From: a virus | Taxonomy: Duplodnaviria; Caudoviricetes | Reading direction: 5' to 3' (one strand) | IMG/VR virus record: IMGVR_UViG_3300033074_001783 | Location: 54,964-118,963 of that record | DNA: 64,000 bases | In this document: positions 1 through 11,200 of the stretch, piece by piece | Position numbering within the stretch: the stretch's first letter is position 1 | Layout: each line of letters opens with the position of its first letter | The notes under the pieces: model-generated | Seen by the model: only the letters and a program-made list of their open reading frames with translations | Database searches by the model: none | Told to the model about the DNA's origin: nothing | Translations under genes and position numbers: made by a program

Positions 1-72
1 AATGTCACCCAACAACAGCAACGAAGTAATGGTTCAATTGCCCGACGGCAGAATGGTTCCAGCGGTATAAAC

Positions 73-1797
73 ATGACTAAATTATCTTCCATTGTCGCCA
101 GTGCAAAATCAAATAAAGATGTGGTTTTTGGTTCTGAGGCTCATGACGCCATGTTGAGGGGTGCAACCACATTGGCTTTGGCTGTTAAATCAACAATGGG
201 ACCTTCTGGTCACAATGTTATTATTGACAGAGAAATGAGTGGTCCTCTTATCACCAAAGATGGTGTTACGGTGGCCAAATCAATCAACCTTAAAGAAAAA
301 CTTCCTTCTATTGGGGCAGAACTTCTCAAAGAAGTTGCCGCAAAAACCAACGAACAAGCAGGAGATGGGACAACAACGGCAACCGTTTTGGCACACGCCA
401 TTTTTCAAGAAGGCGTGAAAATGATTGCTTCCGGCAGAAGTTCCATTGGTTTGAAACGAGGAATTGATTTTGGGGCAGCGAACATTATTGAGCATTTAAA
501 AAAGAACGCGATTCAAATCAGAAACGACAATGATATTGTAAGTGTTGGCACTATTTCAGCAAATGGCGACCGTCAAATTGGAGAGTTGCTTTCCTCGGCC
601 ATCTCAAAAGTAAGCCAAGATGGCATCATCACAATTGAAGCCGCAAAAAGCTTTGCTACAACACTGGAGGTGGTTGAAGGAATGCAGTTTGATTCAGGGT
701 ACGTTTCTCCTTATTTTATCACCAATCAAGAAAAAAATACTTTTGAAGCAACAGATCCATTTATTCTCATAACAAATAGAAAAATCTCTGCACTTCAAGA
801 AATTGTTGGTTTACTGGAACAGGTTGCCAATTCAGGAAAATCTTTGTTGATCATTGGAGACGAGATTGAAGCAGAAGCCTTGCACACTTTAATTGTCAAC
901 AAAATGAGAGGTATTTTGAACGCCTGCGCGGTACGAGCTCCTTCGTATGGCGATAACCGACAAGACATTTTACAAGACATCGCATTGGTCACAGGTGGTC
1001 AGGTGTTTGATGCTTCAAATCCTCAAGCATTAAAAAACGCAGATCTTTCTCAGCTTGGAACTTGTAAACGAGTGATCATCACCAGAAACGCAACCACCAT
1101 TGTTGGCAATTCAAGTGAGACCATTAAAAAATCTGTTGATGAAAGAATTTCACAACTACGCTCTGCGTTAGCAACAGATTTCACAATGGACGATTTGAGA
1201 CGACACAACTACAAACGCCGTCTTGCGAAATTGGCAGGAGGCGTCGCTGTTGTAAGGGTTGGTGGCTCTACCGAAACGGAAATTCTTGAAAAGAAAGATC
1301 GTGTGGAAGATGCGCTGAACGCAACCATTGCCGCTGTGCAAGAAGGAATAATCCCCGGTGGTGGAACTGCTTTGTTTTACGCGGCCACAGATCTTGCAGC
1401 CGATGCCAAAAAGATAGCTCCAGCTTCATTTGGAGATGATGAATTTGCTGGCATACAGGTCGTTGTCAATGCTTGCAAAGCGCCTCTTGCAACAATCGTT
1501 GAAAACACTGGTAAAAATTTCGGTGTTGTAATGCACGAGTTGGTAGATCCAAGAAACATGATCTGTACCCACTCCCAAGGATTCGGTGACACAACACCGG
1601 ATAAGTTTGAGAGAAACTACAATTTTGGGTACGATGCAAGCAAGCATCGTTATGGGGATCTTGTTGAGTGGGGAATTATTGACCCTGTGAAAGTTCCTAG
1701 ATTTGCCCTTGAACACGCAGCAAGTGTTGTTGGATTGATGTTAACATGCAATGCTGTTGTGTTGAACGAAGACAAGGAAGAAGTTCATGGCGAATAA
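73..1797 (+). CDS. groEL: Group I chaperonin (phage-encoded GroEL-like)
   Basis: [61 protein letters not shown] and GIIDPVKV motifs; no C-terminal GGM tail. Confidence 0.97.
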   Translation: MTKLSSIVASAKSNKDVVFGSEAHDAMLRGATTLALAVKSTMGPSGHNVIIDREMSGPLITKDGVTVAKSINLKEKLPSIGAELLKEVAAKTNEQAGDGTTTATVLAHAIFQEGVKMIASGRSSIGLKRGIDFGAANIIEHLKKNAIQIRNDNDIVSVGTISANGDRQIGELLSSAISKVSQDGIITIEAAKSFATTLEVVEGMQFDSGYVSPYFITNQEKNTFEATDPFILITNRKISALQEIVGLLEQVANSGKSLLIIGDEIEAEALHTLIVNKMRGILNACAVRAPSYGDNRQDILQDIALVTGGQVFDASNPQALKNADLSQLGTCKRVIITRNATTIVGNSSETIKKSVDERISQLRSALATDFTMDDLRRHNYKRRLAKLAGGVAVVRVGGSTETEILEKKDRVEDALNATIAAVQEGIIPGGGTALFYAATDLAADAKKIAPASFGDDEFAGIQVVVNACKAPLATIVENTGKNFGVVMHELVDPRNMICTHSQGFGDTTPDKFERNYNFGYDASKHRYGDLVEWGIIDPVKVPRFALEHAASVVGLMLTCNAVVLNEDKEEVHGE

Positions 1798-2026
1798 AGT
1801 TGTAAGAATGACGCCCGAGGCGGCAGAAGACTTGTTTGCTTATTTCAAACTTACGCCCGAATCATTCGCTGCCAAATTGTCTGAATTGTGTGGCGAACAA
1901 GTAACACCGCGAATGATGACTTGGACCGGAGAATGCCGGTTATATGAAGGAGAAGAGGAAGTGGATTATTTAATAGATCACCTCGGAAACATTACTTTAA
2001 AGGAGAAAAACAATGGCGCAAGGTGA
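1787..2026 (+). CDS. hypothetical protein
   Basis: 79-aa ORF overlapping the groEL stop, AGGA upstream. Confidence 0.7.
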   Translation: MANKVVRMTPEAAEDLFAYFKLTPESFAAKLSELCGEQVTPRMMTWTGECRLYEGEEEVDYLIDHLGNITLKEKNNGAR

Positions 2027-2369
2027 TAGAGTCAGAGCTCAGTTGGGCAGATTGTTTCATGGAGAATCACCCATTCCAATTTACAACGTTGCGGTTGATT
2101 CCCAAAATCGTTACGTGGTTGACAACTCGGGTTGTGTTAATCCGCAGTTTTGTGGAGGTGTCAAACCGGGTAGTTGTGGCATTATTGATGGACATCCCTG
2201 CAAAACCCCCAAGAGCAGCCTTAAAGGGTATGAGAAGACACACGCAATGGGAGCAGATTATGTAAATCTGTATCCAGTCTATTGGGAAAACTACAGACAA
2301 ATTGCTTGGATATCTTCAGATCACTTTGAAGTAATAGGCAGCAATCCAGATCTTGATCGGCAAGGCTAA
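2013..2369 (+). CDS. hypothetical protein
   Basis: 118-aa ORF with AAGGAG upstream, overlapping the previous stop. Confidence 0.7.
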   Translation: MAQGDRVRAQLGRLFHGESPIPIYNVAVDSQNRYVVDNSGCVNPQFCGGVKPGSCGIIDGHPCKTPKSSLKGYEKTHAMGADYVNLYPVYWENYRQIAWISSDHFEVIGSNPDLDRQG

Positions 2370-2372
2370 TTA
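2367..2372 (+). promoter_or_regulatory. candidate late-promoter motif TANTTA (TAATTA)
   Basis: 7 nt upstream of ATG 2380; same motif precedes other virion-type genes; overlaps the previous stop codon. Confidence 0.35.
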
Positions 2373-2379
2373 AAACATC

Positions 2380-2841
2380 ATGACTACACAGTGGCCAGAG
2401 CCAGGACCCAATCTTGTTGGGGAATATCAAATATCAGGTTTGCCTTATGCGACTTCTTCTGTTGTAACTTCAACAACAGTTCCGTTGCAAATAGCATTTC
2501 CTTTTGTTACAAGGTTTTTAACAGTTACCAACACTGGAACAAACTATCTCGGTGTAGGCTGGACTGCAAATGGTATAAAAGGTGGAGACAGATTTACTTT
2601 AGCGCCAAGCGGTTCTTACACAGGAGATTGGCGCGTTAAAGATTTGTATCTGTTGGGAATTGGCGGAAGTTGCAATTTTCAAGTGCAAGCGGGACTCACA
2701 ATGGTGAGGAGAAAAATGTTCCCCACTTTAACAGGTTCCGCTGCGGCAGGAGTTTTGTCGGCCAGTGCCAACTCCAGTGATTTTGGATATGGTAGCCCCA
2801 ATCCTTTGACCGGACTGCCATCTGTTTGTGGTTTGGGTTGA
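2380..2841 (+). CDS. putative small virion protein (beta-rich, Gly/Ser/Thr-rich)
   Basis: 153 aa, beta-strand pattern, TSS/SGS/TGS/SAS tripeptides as in the structural block; TANTTA upstream. Confidence 0.6.
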   Translation: MTTQWPEPGPNLVGEYQISGLPYATSSVVTSTTVPLQIAFPFVTRFLTVTNTGTNYLGVGWTANGIKGGDRFTLAPSGSYTGDWRVKDLYLLGIGGSCNFQVQAGLTMVRRKMFPTLTGSAAAGVLSASANSSDFGYGSPNPLTGLPSVCGLG

Positions 2842-3285
2842 TTACCTGTTGTAAGTGTTGGCAATTGCGCCAACGATCTCTTGCACGCGTCCGCGTGTGA
2901 CAAGTCCCATGCCAAGATTTTTGCAATGCTCTTTCACGGCTTTGCTGTGAAACTGTCCAATGTTTGCATGAATGATTGCAGAAATGCTTTCTGCAAGAGA
3001 AATCACCATGTCAAGATATTCATCAAGACTTGCCCTTGGATTGTTCGTCATTTCCTCAAGCCCGTTGAAAGCTCTTGGAATCATGGGGTTGATGTGCATG
3101 ACATTTTCTCCAACTGTCGGCTCTGTTGGTGATTTCAGTTCTCTGGCAAGTGTCTCTGTCGCCTCTTTGAGAATTGGGTGTAGAATTGCCACCTTTCTGG
3201 CAAGTGGTTCCACTTCTTGTTTTGACATTTTGGCAAGTTGAAAAGTGATAGCGGCAAATGTAGGAGGCAGATTCTCGGCGCCCAT
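2842..3285 (-). CDS. hypothetical protein
   Basis: ORF track gives 2842..3318; ATG at 3285 (MGAENLPP) preferred; stop abuts the convergent stop at 2841. Confidence 0.65.
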   Translation of the reverse strand: MGAENLPPTFAAITFQLAKMSKQEVEPLARKVAILHPILKEATETLARELKSPTEPTVGENVMHINPMIPRAFNGLEEMTNNPRASLDEYLDMVISLAESISAIIHANIGQFHSKAVKEHCKNLGMGLVTRGRVQEIVGAIANTYNR

Positions 3286-3337
3286 GTGATTCTCTTTCTT
3301 ATCAGAAGTTTGAAACAAGCAAAGCTATTCTAACTGA

Positions 3338-4183
3338 TCAAGAGACTGGTTTGAAGTGTTTGCCCCAAGTCTCGTGTTTCATGTTTGAATATAGCACATT
3401 TGGATCACAATCAGACAATCCTGACATTTGACCATCATTCAGTTCAACCACGTACCAAACTCCATTTTGTGCAAGGGCAACATCTACAACCACAAAATTA
3501 ACGTTTTCTTTAATCCGTTCCAAAGTCTTTTCAACCAGTTGGGTAGCTTCTGTTGGAATGGAAACTGGTAATTTACCTTTCAATTCTTCTGTCCAAGCGG
3601 CCCAATAGTAACCAGAGGCCATGATTTTACCGTACAAACAAAAAAACCTGTATTCCAATGTGATTGGTTGTTCGTTGAAACTTGTTGCAAATTGAACAAG
3701 AGGCACATACTTTCTTGCATAAAGAGTTTGCTCTTCACCAATCCAAGTATCCAACAAACGATTTGACACTTGGATTGCCTCTTGTTTGTTGTTCGCAAAC
3801 ATGTGTGTATTCCATCTGTCTTTTTTGCTGTTTGTAGCCCCTTTTACCACAACTGGTCCACAGTTGTCTGGCAGATACGGAATATTAAACCAAGTTGGAA
3901 ATGTTAAGTCTTCAATGTCTGCGTACCAATTTTGCAGGTCAGCCACATATTGATGTTGTCTGTAGGAGTTGACAAGAGTTCCGCCAACATGTTTGATATC
4001 TGCTTCAAGTTGTCGGTACATCGGAAGAACAGAATATCTTCCGATCACCAAATCGCCTCCTGTTATTTTCATACGAGAATTAACAATTACGAAATGTTGA
4101 CCACAGATCTTTTCTTCCGCTGCGTATTCGCCAGAAGGGTCAGACGGTGAAACAAATAAAACGACAGGTTGTTTTTGATTCAT
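3338..4183 (-). CDS. ATP-grasp fold ligase (R2K/DUF4343-like)
   Basis: PVVVKG..S.K, EYRFFCLYGK, FVVVDVA...WYVVELNDGQMSG motifs typical of stand-alone ATP-grasp enzymes. Confidence 0.8.
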   Translation of the reverse strand: MNQKQPVVLFVSPSDPSGEYAAEEKICGQHFVIVNSRMKITGGDLVIGRYSVLPMYRQLEADIKHVGGTLVNSYRQHQYVADLQNWYADIEDLTFPTWFNIPYLPDNCGPVVVKGATNSKKDRWNTHMFANNKQEAIQVSNRLLDTWIGEEQTLYARKYVPLVQFATSFNEQPITLEYRFFCLYGKIMASGYYWAAWTEELKGKLPVSIPTEATQLVEKTLERIKENVNFVVVDVALAQNGVWYVVELNDGQMSGLSDCDPNVLYSNMKHETWGKHFKPVS

Positions 4184-4188
4184 AGAAC

Positions 4189-4210
4189 GATATTACCACG
4201 CGGCAATATC
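4189..4210 (-). promoter_or_regulatory. intergenic hairpin overlapping an extended -10-like element
   Basis: minus strand GATATTGCC-GCGT-GGTAATATC (9-bp stem, one G-U), containing TGG-TAATAT, 5 nt upstream of ATG 4183; no U-tract. Confidence 0.4.
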
Positions 4211-4219
4211 ATGTTATCA

Positions 4220-7201
4220 TTATTGGTACATCCAAGCAAAAGAATTGCGCAGGTATTGATCCGCAGCCACTTGGTCGCGTCTTACACCCGGTTTTAATTT
4301 AACTCCGTTGTAAGATTCTGTTCTTGGCGCCATAAATTGATTGGAAACAGTTGGTTGAGGTGTAAATGGATCAGGCGTTGTTTGAGGCTCTTGACCAAAT
4401 CCAGCCAAAGAGGTGTTGATAGATCTCTTGGAAGTTGAGAAAGAAGCCAAAAAAGCCTTGTGCCAGTCGCTTATTGTTCCCTCTGTTGCAACGCTGCTTT
4501 GGAAAGAACCTTGCGGTGGAGCAACGTAACAACCGATTGCGAGAGCCATGATTAGATCGTCCGATCTGCCCTTGGCAGCCTGTCCTCGTTTTCCTGTCCA
4601 GTTAAAACTGCTCATTTGTTCTGCGAATCTTGCGGAGTAGATTTTCAGTTTTTTATTTCGCAATATCTCTTCTAAGTTGGAAAGAATCTGTTCTCTGCTT
4701 CCGGGTTGTGTTCCGGGTTTTGTTGTAAACCCCGGAAGTTTTTCTGCCAACTCTTCTGGAGTTAACAGCATCATTTCTTCTGGTGTGAGATCTGGCCAAT
4801 ACAAATTTGGATATTTTAGATCTCTTAATTTGATCGCAGTCGCGAGGCCGATGCTGTTTTTCTCTTGAACAATCAAAGCTGTGTTGTGTCTGTAGCCCAA
4901 TTCCACAAGGTACTCGCCATATCTATCGGGCGGTATTTTGCCAAGATACTCTGATGTTTGCTCCCAAGTGTTCATGTCAATGATCTCGGCGCCGCTGAAG
5001 TCTTCTGCGTCCCCTCTTGCAATGTCGGCACAAATGATATACTTGTGATCTGGTACTGGAACCTTCCATATGTGCAAATCTGTCAGGGCTTTCTGATGAG
5101 GACCACCATACATGACGGGAGGTTGTGTGCCTTGAGATACAGCGTCTATTGTTGTTTGATTGAAAAAAGTATTTCCAGAGGCTTCAAACGAGCAGTTGTG
5201 AACAATCAATCCTTGGACAACATAACTGTGGTCTTCTTCCACTTCAATGTTATAAACCACGCCATTCACAACACTGTGCGCAACTTGCTTGGTTTGAAAC
5301 ATGCCGACAACATAGTCATCAAAATTTCTTGTACGACTGGTTGGTTTCTCAAGAACTTCCTTGCCAACACGCATTACTTCTTGGATGGTTTTGGTCTGTA
5401 ATGATTCTAAACCATCCAATTCAATATACGAGTTGCCAGATGGATGATACCATACTCTTGGATAAAGACCGTACATGCCAAGCAAAATTCTAACCTGTTG
5501 CAGCAGTTTAGAAGAGGCACTAACCAATTTTAGTTTGTTGCCTTGGTTGTTGTGTTTAACGGCAGTTGGGTGATCGCCATCTCCGTCATAATGGCCAATA
5601 AGATAGCCGCGTACAAACTCTTCTGAACATGCAAGTACATGATTTAAACGTAAACGTTTTTCATGTGCTTTGCCATCTGTTACGAAATGTCTGTAACATG
5701 CTATGATGAATTTATTGCACGTACTCAACGTAAAACATTCCGAGTGTTGACGGATGTGTCTGGTATAAGTAACCCCCAATTCATCCAAATAATATTCAAC
5801 AAACTTACCCAAAGTGTCAAGTTCGTTTACGTGAAAAGCTAGTTGCAACGTTTCTGTCACAGCACCTTTTGGAGAAGTGTTTTTGATGATACACCCTTCA
5901 GCTACAGCTAACCCGATAAATCTACCAAGATTTTCATCAATTTTAACAAATCTCGGAATGGCTGGTGTGCGCTGTCGCCAATAGCTAACTTTTTCTGGAC
6001 CTATTGTTGCACATGCCACCGGAAGAGACGCCAAGTCAAGTGTGTGTTGTATGTTGCCAATAAGTTGTTTGTTGTTAATTGGATGTAAACATCCATAAAC
6101 ACGATTATTTGCATTTTTATCAAATGGGATTAACTCATCCAATGTGTTCCAACTTGGTTGGACACATTGGATTTTAATTTGATCCCATGCGTTGCCGCCT
6201 GTTGACCTGACATTTGTTTTGATAGACAAAACTGGGTGGTTACCAGTGATGTAAAATATGTCCTGTCTGTTGCAAGGTGTGGAAACTTGATACAGGTTTT
6301 CTCTTTGTTCCAAGTGCCTTGCTTGCGTTTGTTTGACTCGTTTGAATGTGCCGGTGTGGGTTAAAACCTCGTCGCCAACACAAATGTCTTTGGCATAAGA
6401 GTAACCGTGTGGTGTGAGTATTTTGGTATCACCTCCAACACAATTAAGTTCCTGCGCCATTTGTCTGTCATCCATGTTTTTTGACTCGGCATCAAACCAC
6501 GCTTGATCGTGGAATGGATGAACGTGCCAAGGAAGCTTCATGGTGACGAAGTTGTTTCTTTTTGCCTCCGCATCAATCCACAGTTTGTAGAATTGACCCG
6601 TCTTACCTCTTGGGGTGGAGAAAACAACAATGGACCCACCTTCTGTGGTGGTAGAAAGAATAGATTTCCAACCCTCCTCCAGTTTGGCATTGATTGCAGC
6701 TTCGTCAACAACCACGAAGGATGCTGCTTGACCACGGGCCGTGTCTTCTGTGGTGGGAAAAGCTTCTATTTTAGAACCGTTGGTTAGCTCAAGAACAGTG
6801 GCACTCTCACTTTTTGGAGCCGTGAGTTCAAGAACTTCTAACATCCAAGCTGGCAAGCCTCTCCAAGCTACTTTTATTTTTGCCAACATGTTTTTGCTAC
6901 CTCTGAAGTTGTCAGCGATGAGCAAAATGTTTTTATCTTTGTGAAACAACGCTAACCACAGGCAATAGGCGGACGTAACAGTTGTCAACCCCAACTGTCT
7001 GCTTTTTAGAATGATGTTATATCTGTTTGTCAAGAAGTTGTTGATAACATCTTCTTGGAATGGGTATAGTTCAAACTGAATTCTACCTTTGGTTGGGTGT
7101 TGGATTTCAAGGTAGGTTCTGATGAAATACAATGGGTCTTGGCCACATTTTAATATCTCATCTATCTGAGCGGATCTTTTCTTCTGAGACATACTAATCA
7201 A
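4220..7201 (-). CDS. terL: terminase large subunit (T4 gp17-like), intein-containing
   Basis: LYPFQ adenine motif, deviant Walker A KSRQLGLTT, Walker B VVVDEAA, STPRG coupling motif, RNase H nuclease ICADIARG..EDFS and SDDLIMALAI. Confidence 0.95.
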   Translation of the reverse strand: MISMSQKKRSAQIDEILKCGQDPLYFIRTYLEIQHPTKGRIQFELYPFQEDVINNFLTNRYNIILKSRQLGLTTVTSAYCLWLALFHKDKNILLIADNFRGSKNMLAKIKVAWRGLPAWMLEVLELTAPKSESATVLELTNGSKIEAFPTTEDTARGQAASFVVVDEAAINAKLEEGWKSILSTTTEGGSIVVFSTPRGKTGQFYKLWIDAEAKRNNFVTMKLPWHVHPFHDQAWFDAESKNMDDRQMAQELNCVGGDTKILTPHGYSYAKDICVGDEVLTHTGTFKRVKQTQARHLEQRENLYQVSTPCNRQDIFYITGNHPVLSIKTNVRSTGGNAWDQIKIQCVQPSWNTLDELIPFDKNANNRVYGCLHPINNKQLIGNIQHTLDLASLPVACATIGPEKVSYWRQRTPAIPRFVKIDENLGRFIGLAVAEGCIIKNTSPKGAVTETLQLAFHVNELDTLGKFVEYYLDELGVTYTRHIRQHSECFTLSTCNKFIIACYRHFVTDGKAHEKRLRLNHVLACSEEFVRGYLIGHYDGDGDHPTAVKHNNQGNKLKLVSASSKLLQQVRILLGMYGLYPRVWYHPSGNSYIELDGLESLQTKTIQEVMRVGKEVLEKPTSRTRNFDDYVVGMFQTKQVAHSVVNGVVYNIEVEEDHSYVVQGLIVHNCSFEASGNTFFNQTTIDAVSQGTQPPVMYGGPHQKALTDLHIWKVPVPDHKYIICADIARGDAEDFSGAEIIDMNTWEQTSEYLGKIPPDRYGEYLVELGYRHNTALIVQEKNSIGLATAIKLRDLKYPNLYWPDLTPEEMMLLTPEELAEKLPGFTTKPGTQPGSREQILSNLEEILRNKKLKIYSARFAEQMSSFNWTGKRGQAAKGRSDDLIMALAIGCYVAPPQGSFQSSVATEGTISDWHKAFLASFSTSKRSINTSLAGFGQEPQTTPDPFTPQPTVSNQFMAPRTESYNGVKLKPGVRRDQVAADQYLRNSFAWMYQ
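5195..6442 (-). mobile_element. intein with LAGLIDADG homing endonuclease (416 aa) in terL
   Basis: QELN/CVGGDTKILT N-junction, block B ITGNHPV, LAGLIDADG-like FIGLAVAEG and YLIGHYDGDG, block F VYNIEVEEDHSY, C-junction IVHN/CSF. Confidence 0.95.
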
Positions 7202-7655
7202 TTTCCAATCTTAAATTGAGTTTATAGTATGCCTTTTTTATATGAGCATGAATCGTTGTTTGGGTATATTCCAACTCTTCATGAATTGATTCATTGTTAA
7301 CGGATAACGAAACGGTCTTTTTGGACTCCTCGTTAACACGTTTTGCACGTTCCGCTTTGTACTCTTCTGAGATTTTTTTGATTTCGTCTTTTATGAAACC
7401 CAGAGCTTCTTCTCTGTGAGATTTCATCAGAGGATGCATGGGATGTTTTTGATTCACCGTGCAAATTGTTACAAATGTGGCGGAAACATGTTTGTCATCC
7501 AAGAGCTTAAAACTCAAATAATGATGACGAGCCAAACTTGATTGTTTGCCGAATGTGCGCTGAATTACAGTCGCAAGCAAATCAAATGTAGCTTTATCTG
7601 CAACTGGTTTTTGTGGAATGTGTATTTCTGGCACGGAATTTACCTTCGTGCTCAT
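7194..7655 (-). CDS. hypothetical protein, coupled to terL
   Basis: ORF overlaps terL start; ATG at 7655 preferred over TTG at 7664. Confidence 0.7.
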   Translation of the reverse strand: MSTKVNSVPEIHIPQKPVADKATFDLLATVIQRTFGKQSSLARHHYLSFKLLDDKHVSATFVTICTVNQKHPMHPLMKSHREEALGFIKDEIKKISEEYKAERAKRVNEESKKTVSLSVNNESIHEELEYTQTTIHAHIKKAYYKLNLRLEID

Positions 7656-7664
7656 AAATAGCAA

Positions 7665-7997
7665 TCAAACAAGTGAAATGTTTGTTTTGTACTGTTTCTC
7701 TCTAGAGGCAATATACTCGTTCCATTTGTCGGCCATGTCAGTCTTTGGGTTTAAAGTACCATTTCTTATTCTGGCCCCATGTGGCTTGATCCAGAAAAGA
7801 TCACAAAGATAGCAGACATGCTCTTGACGATACGACAAAGCATCGTCGGCGGTTCTTAGTGGCAGTTCACAAAATGGACAGAACAGAGGAACAATTACGT
7901 CGCTGTCAACAGGTTTTACAACGACCAAGTTTTCTTCAAATTTGGCAACCCTTTGTTTGTCAAGAGGCAACCATTCGTCAGAATGTTGTGTCTGCAT
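7665..7997 (-). CDS. Cys4 zinc-finger protein
   Basis: CPFC ... CYLC; ATG at 7997 (MQTQHS) preferred over 8066. Confidence 0.65.
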   Translation of the reverse strand: MQTQHSDEWLPLDKQRVAKFEENLVVVKPVDSDVIVPLFCPFCELPLRTADDALSYRQEHVCYLCDLFWIKPHGARIRNGTLNPKTDMADKWNEYIASREKQYKTNISLV

Positions 7998-8274
7998 GTG
8001 CTCTTTGTGCCAAGGAATCAAACGTTGATTCAAGATGATCCAACAGTTGATCATTTGTCGGATCAAGATTAGCCGCGCTCCACGCCTCCATGAGTTGTGA
8101 ATACTCGTTAGGGAAAAGTTTATTAGATATCGTCTGAAACGAAAGACCTGCTTTCGTTTGGTTTTCGTGCGTTGGATCTTGAACGGCAGCGAAGATGTTA
8201 TCCGCCATTTTGTAAATCCTGCTGTAAAGGTCGTAGTCGGCGGGAATGATTTTTGTTGTCATTTGGTTGTGCAT
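7978..8274 (-). CDS. hypothetical protein
   Basis: 98-aa ORF filling the gap downstream of the SbcCD fusion. Confidence 0.6.
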   Translation of the reverse strand: MHNQMTTKIIPADYDLYSRIYKMADNIFAAVQDPTHENQTKAGLSFQTISNKLFPNEYSQLMEAWSAANLDPTNDQLLDHLESTFDSLAQRAHADTTF

Positions 8275-8282
8275 TTTTTTCC

Positions 8283-11200
8283 TTATACTTCTACTTTTGA
8301 TTCTAGCCCTGTGTTGATTACTTCTATCATTTTATCTGCCACTTCTTTAACTTGCGGAATGTGTGAAATAACCAATATCAACTTAAAATGGTTTTTCAAC
8401 ATGACAAGCAATTGTAAACATTTTTGAATGCTGTCTTCGTCCAAGGCTCCAAAGCCTTCATCTACTATTAACATATCTGGTCTTGGAAGTGAAGACAAAT
8501 TGTTGAGCGCTACTCTTAGAGCCAAAGAAGCGATCATTTTTTCCATTCCAGAACCAAGTTCAATAATTCTTTTTGAGTGGCCATCCTCTATGTAAACGTC
8601 CAAAGTGTTGGAGGAAACTTCAGTTTCTAACACGAGTTTGAAGTCTACCACATTGTTCAGGATGTTTGAAAGTTCATTGTTTAACATCGGCAACTGTGTT
8701 TTCAAAACCATTGCAGGAATGCCATTTTTACTAAACGCCTCTTGCACGCTTCCAAGAATGGTTAATTTTGACAACACCTCTTGGTATTCTTTTCGTTCTG
8801 TAGTTAGCTGAGTTATTTTTGCACCAAGTTGACCTATCTCCATTAACAAATCATTTTTACTTGATTCTGCCACTGCAAGCAATTTTTTGGCTTGCGCAAG
8901 CTCACGGTTTTTGGCGACCAACTCAGAAGTGTCAGGAGCATTCGCAACGGCAATGGCCAGTTCATCTCTAGCAGAGGTTTTTGTTGCAATCTTTTCTTTT
9001 GTTGCAGAAATTTCAGACAAACCCAATTTTATTTGTGTTTTGCATTGCTGCAATTTGCTTTCAAGATTCGTTATAGAAGCCGCAAGGGTGGCATGAGTTT
9101 GTAGTTGTGCGTCTATGCCCATTTTTGTCAATTCAACAATCTGCAAATTCTCCTGATCGCGTTTGCTTGTTAAATCGCCAACCAACACCAACTGCTGTTG
9201 GATTTTGGTTTTGTCCTCGTGTCCATCTTTAATGAAACGACAATGAGGAAACATGTCGCCGCAAGGGACCGTTTCAAGTTTCTTTACTGCTTTATCTTGT
9301 TCTTTCAAGACATGTGATTCTGTTTGAAGAGACAAGTTTACTTTATTGAGGTTTTCCTTGTGGTTGTTCAGTTTGTTTTTGAGTTTTTCTATCTCTTTGA
9401 TGTTGATTTTTTCAAATGCTGTTTTGCTTTCTTCAAGCTGCAAAGCAAGTTTTGCGCCCAACATTACAGCATCTTCATGTAATTTGTGAGCTTTTTTCAA
9501 ATCAACATTCGTCAACGTCTGCAATTCTTGCTCAAGTTTGACAAGTTTTGCTTTTAGTTCATCCGTATTCACCTGTTGCGCATTTGATATTAACCAAACT
9601 CTCAGTTTGTCAACCTCGTTACGAAACTCCCTGATGGTATCTTCCAGTTCTACCAAATCTACTTTTTTATTTTCCAACAACACTTCGGTCGTTGTAATTG
9701 CCTGATCCCATTCAACTGTGCTGTATTTGGAAGTTCTGGCATTGATGGCCTTGTAATCGTCATCTGCGTATTTGTTAAGAATTCCAAAAATATCAAGGTC
9801 AAGGAACCTGTTTAGAATCGCTTTTCTTTGTGTGGCACCTTGGTCTATGAATCTTGAAATGTCGCCTTGGCTTGAATACGCAGTTAACTGGAAATCCGCT
9901 GGAGTTCCAATTATTTTGCGTATTACTTTGTCGGTGTCATTTCTTGTGATGTCGTTTTCACTTCCCAAAGGAACAAGTTTACCATTTTCATCCACACGAT
10001 TAAATGTCAGAGTGGTTGTGGTTGCCATGACATCCTCTTGCCCTTTTTTAACTTCTTTTAAAGCAAGAGCACGGTCAACAACGTAATTCGTACCATTTGC
10101 AGAAAACCTTACTTTACATTTGGCAGAGCGTTTAGATCTGTTGATGTAATGACCAACGGCTCTTCCAATTTCCCGTTCTGTTGTGTTGAACAGACCGTAC
10201 ATCAAAGCGCTAACAACAGAACTTTTGCCGGTTTTATTCGGCCCAAACACGCCGACAATTCCAGAAAGTTTGTTGAAGTTGACACGATTGTTTTCTCCAT
10301 ATCTGAACAGGTTTGAGAACTCCAATTCCTTAACCGCCCAAATGACATCTCTAGCGCTTTCTTCGTTGTTTTGTTCTTTGAACTTTTGCACATATTTGGC
10401 AATAAGTTCTTCTCCTTCTTTCAACTGCGCCTCTGTAAACTCCAATTTTGCCAAATGAGAGGCAACATATTCTTTATACAGCGATACAAGAGAATTTACA
10501 TCGTTTCTCAGACTTGTTTTACAAATCGTGACGTTGCCAGTTTGTATGGACTGCAAGTTGTTTCTTGTCACGTCTTCTTTGAAAGACAGTTCTTCGCATT
10601 GACGGTTTTCTCTGATCTCTTGATAAAGTTGTCTTTTTTCTACTTGGGAAATCAAAGTATTGGCGAGAACTCTAACGCGAGTGCCCGGAACAAAACTGCT
10701 GTTTCCCCTAAGAGACTCAACGGTTGCAAGCGTTGCTCTAACAGAACCCATCCAAGGGATTGATATAAATGGAGTTTTGTTTTGTAGAGGACAAAATTCT
10801 ACATCCCAATCGTCTTTGGCTCTGATATCCCAAACATAAAATCCTTTGGTTTCATCTTCGCCATAATTTTGTTGAATCAACGAACCGGGATAACCAATCC
10901 AAGGTTTCGCAACCCCATCTTTATCTGGTCTTGTGGAAAGAAACTGCTGTTTGTGGATATCGCCCAAAAAAGCAAAATCATACTCCCTAAAGAAATCCAA
11001 CTGTTCTTCACCGTGAGTCATTCTCCAGTCTGAATCAGTTGCACAACCTGCAACAGAACCGTGATACAGGGCGATTCTTATCTTGTTTTCTTCTTTTGGA
11101 ACACGCCTGACGTTTTGCCAACCATCTTTGTCAAAGCAAGAAAACACACAAAGATGAACTTTGTTTCCAAGAAGAACGCTCGGATGTTTGGTTTCGTAAT

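Noticed and set aside
1-70. Open frame 2..70 ending just before groEL
   Set aside because: Probably the tail of an upstream gene, but too short and truncated to call
1787-2026. GroES
   Set aside because: Lacks PLxDRV and mobile-loop GGI motifs; N-terminal half looks helical
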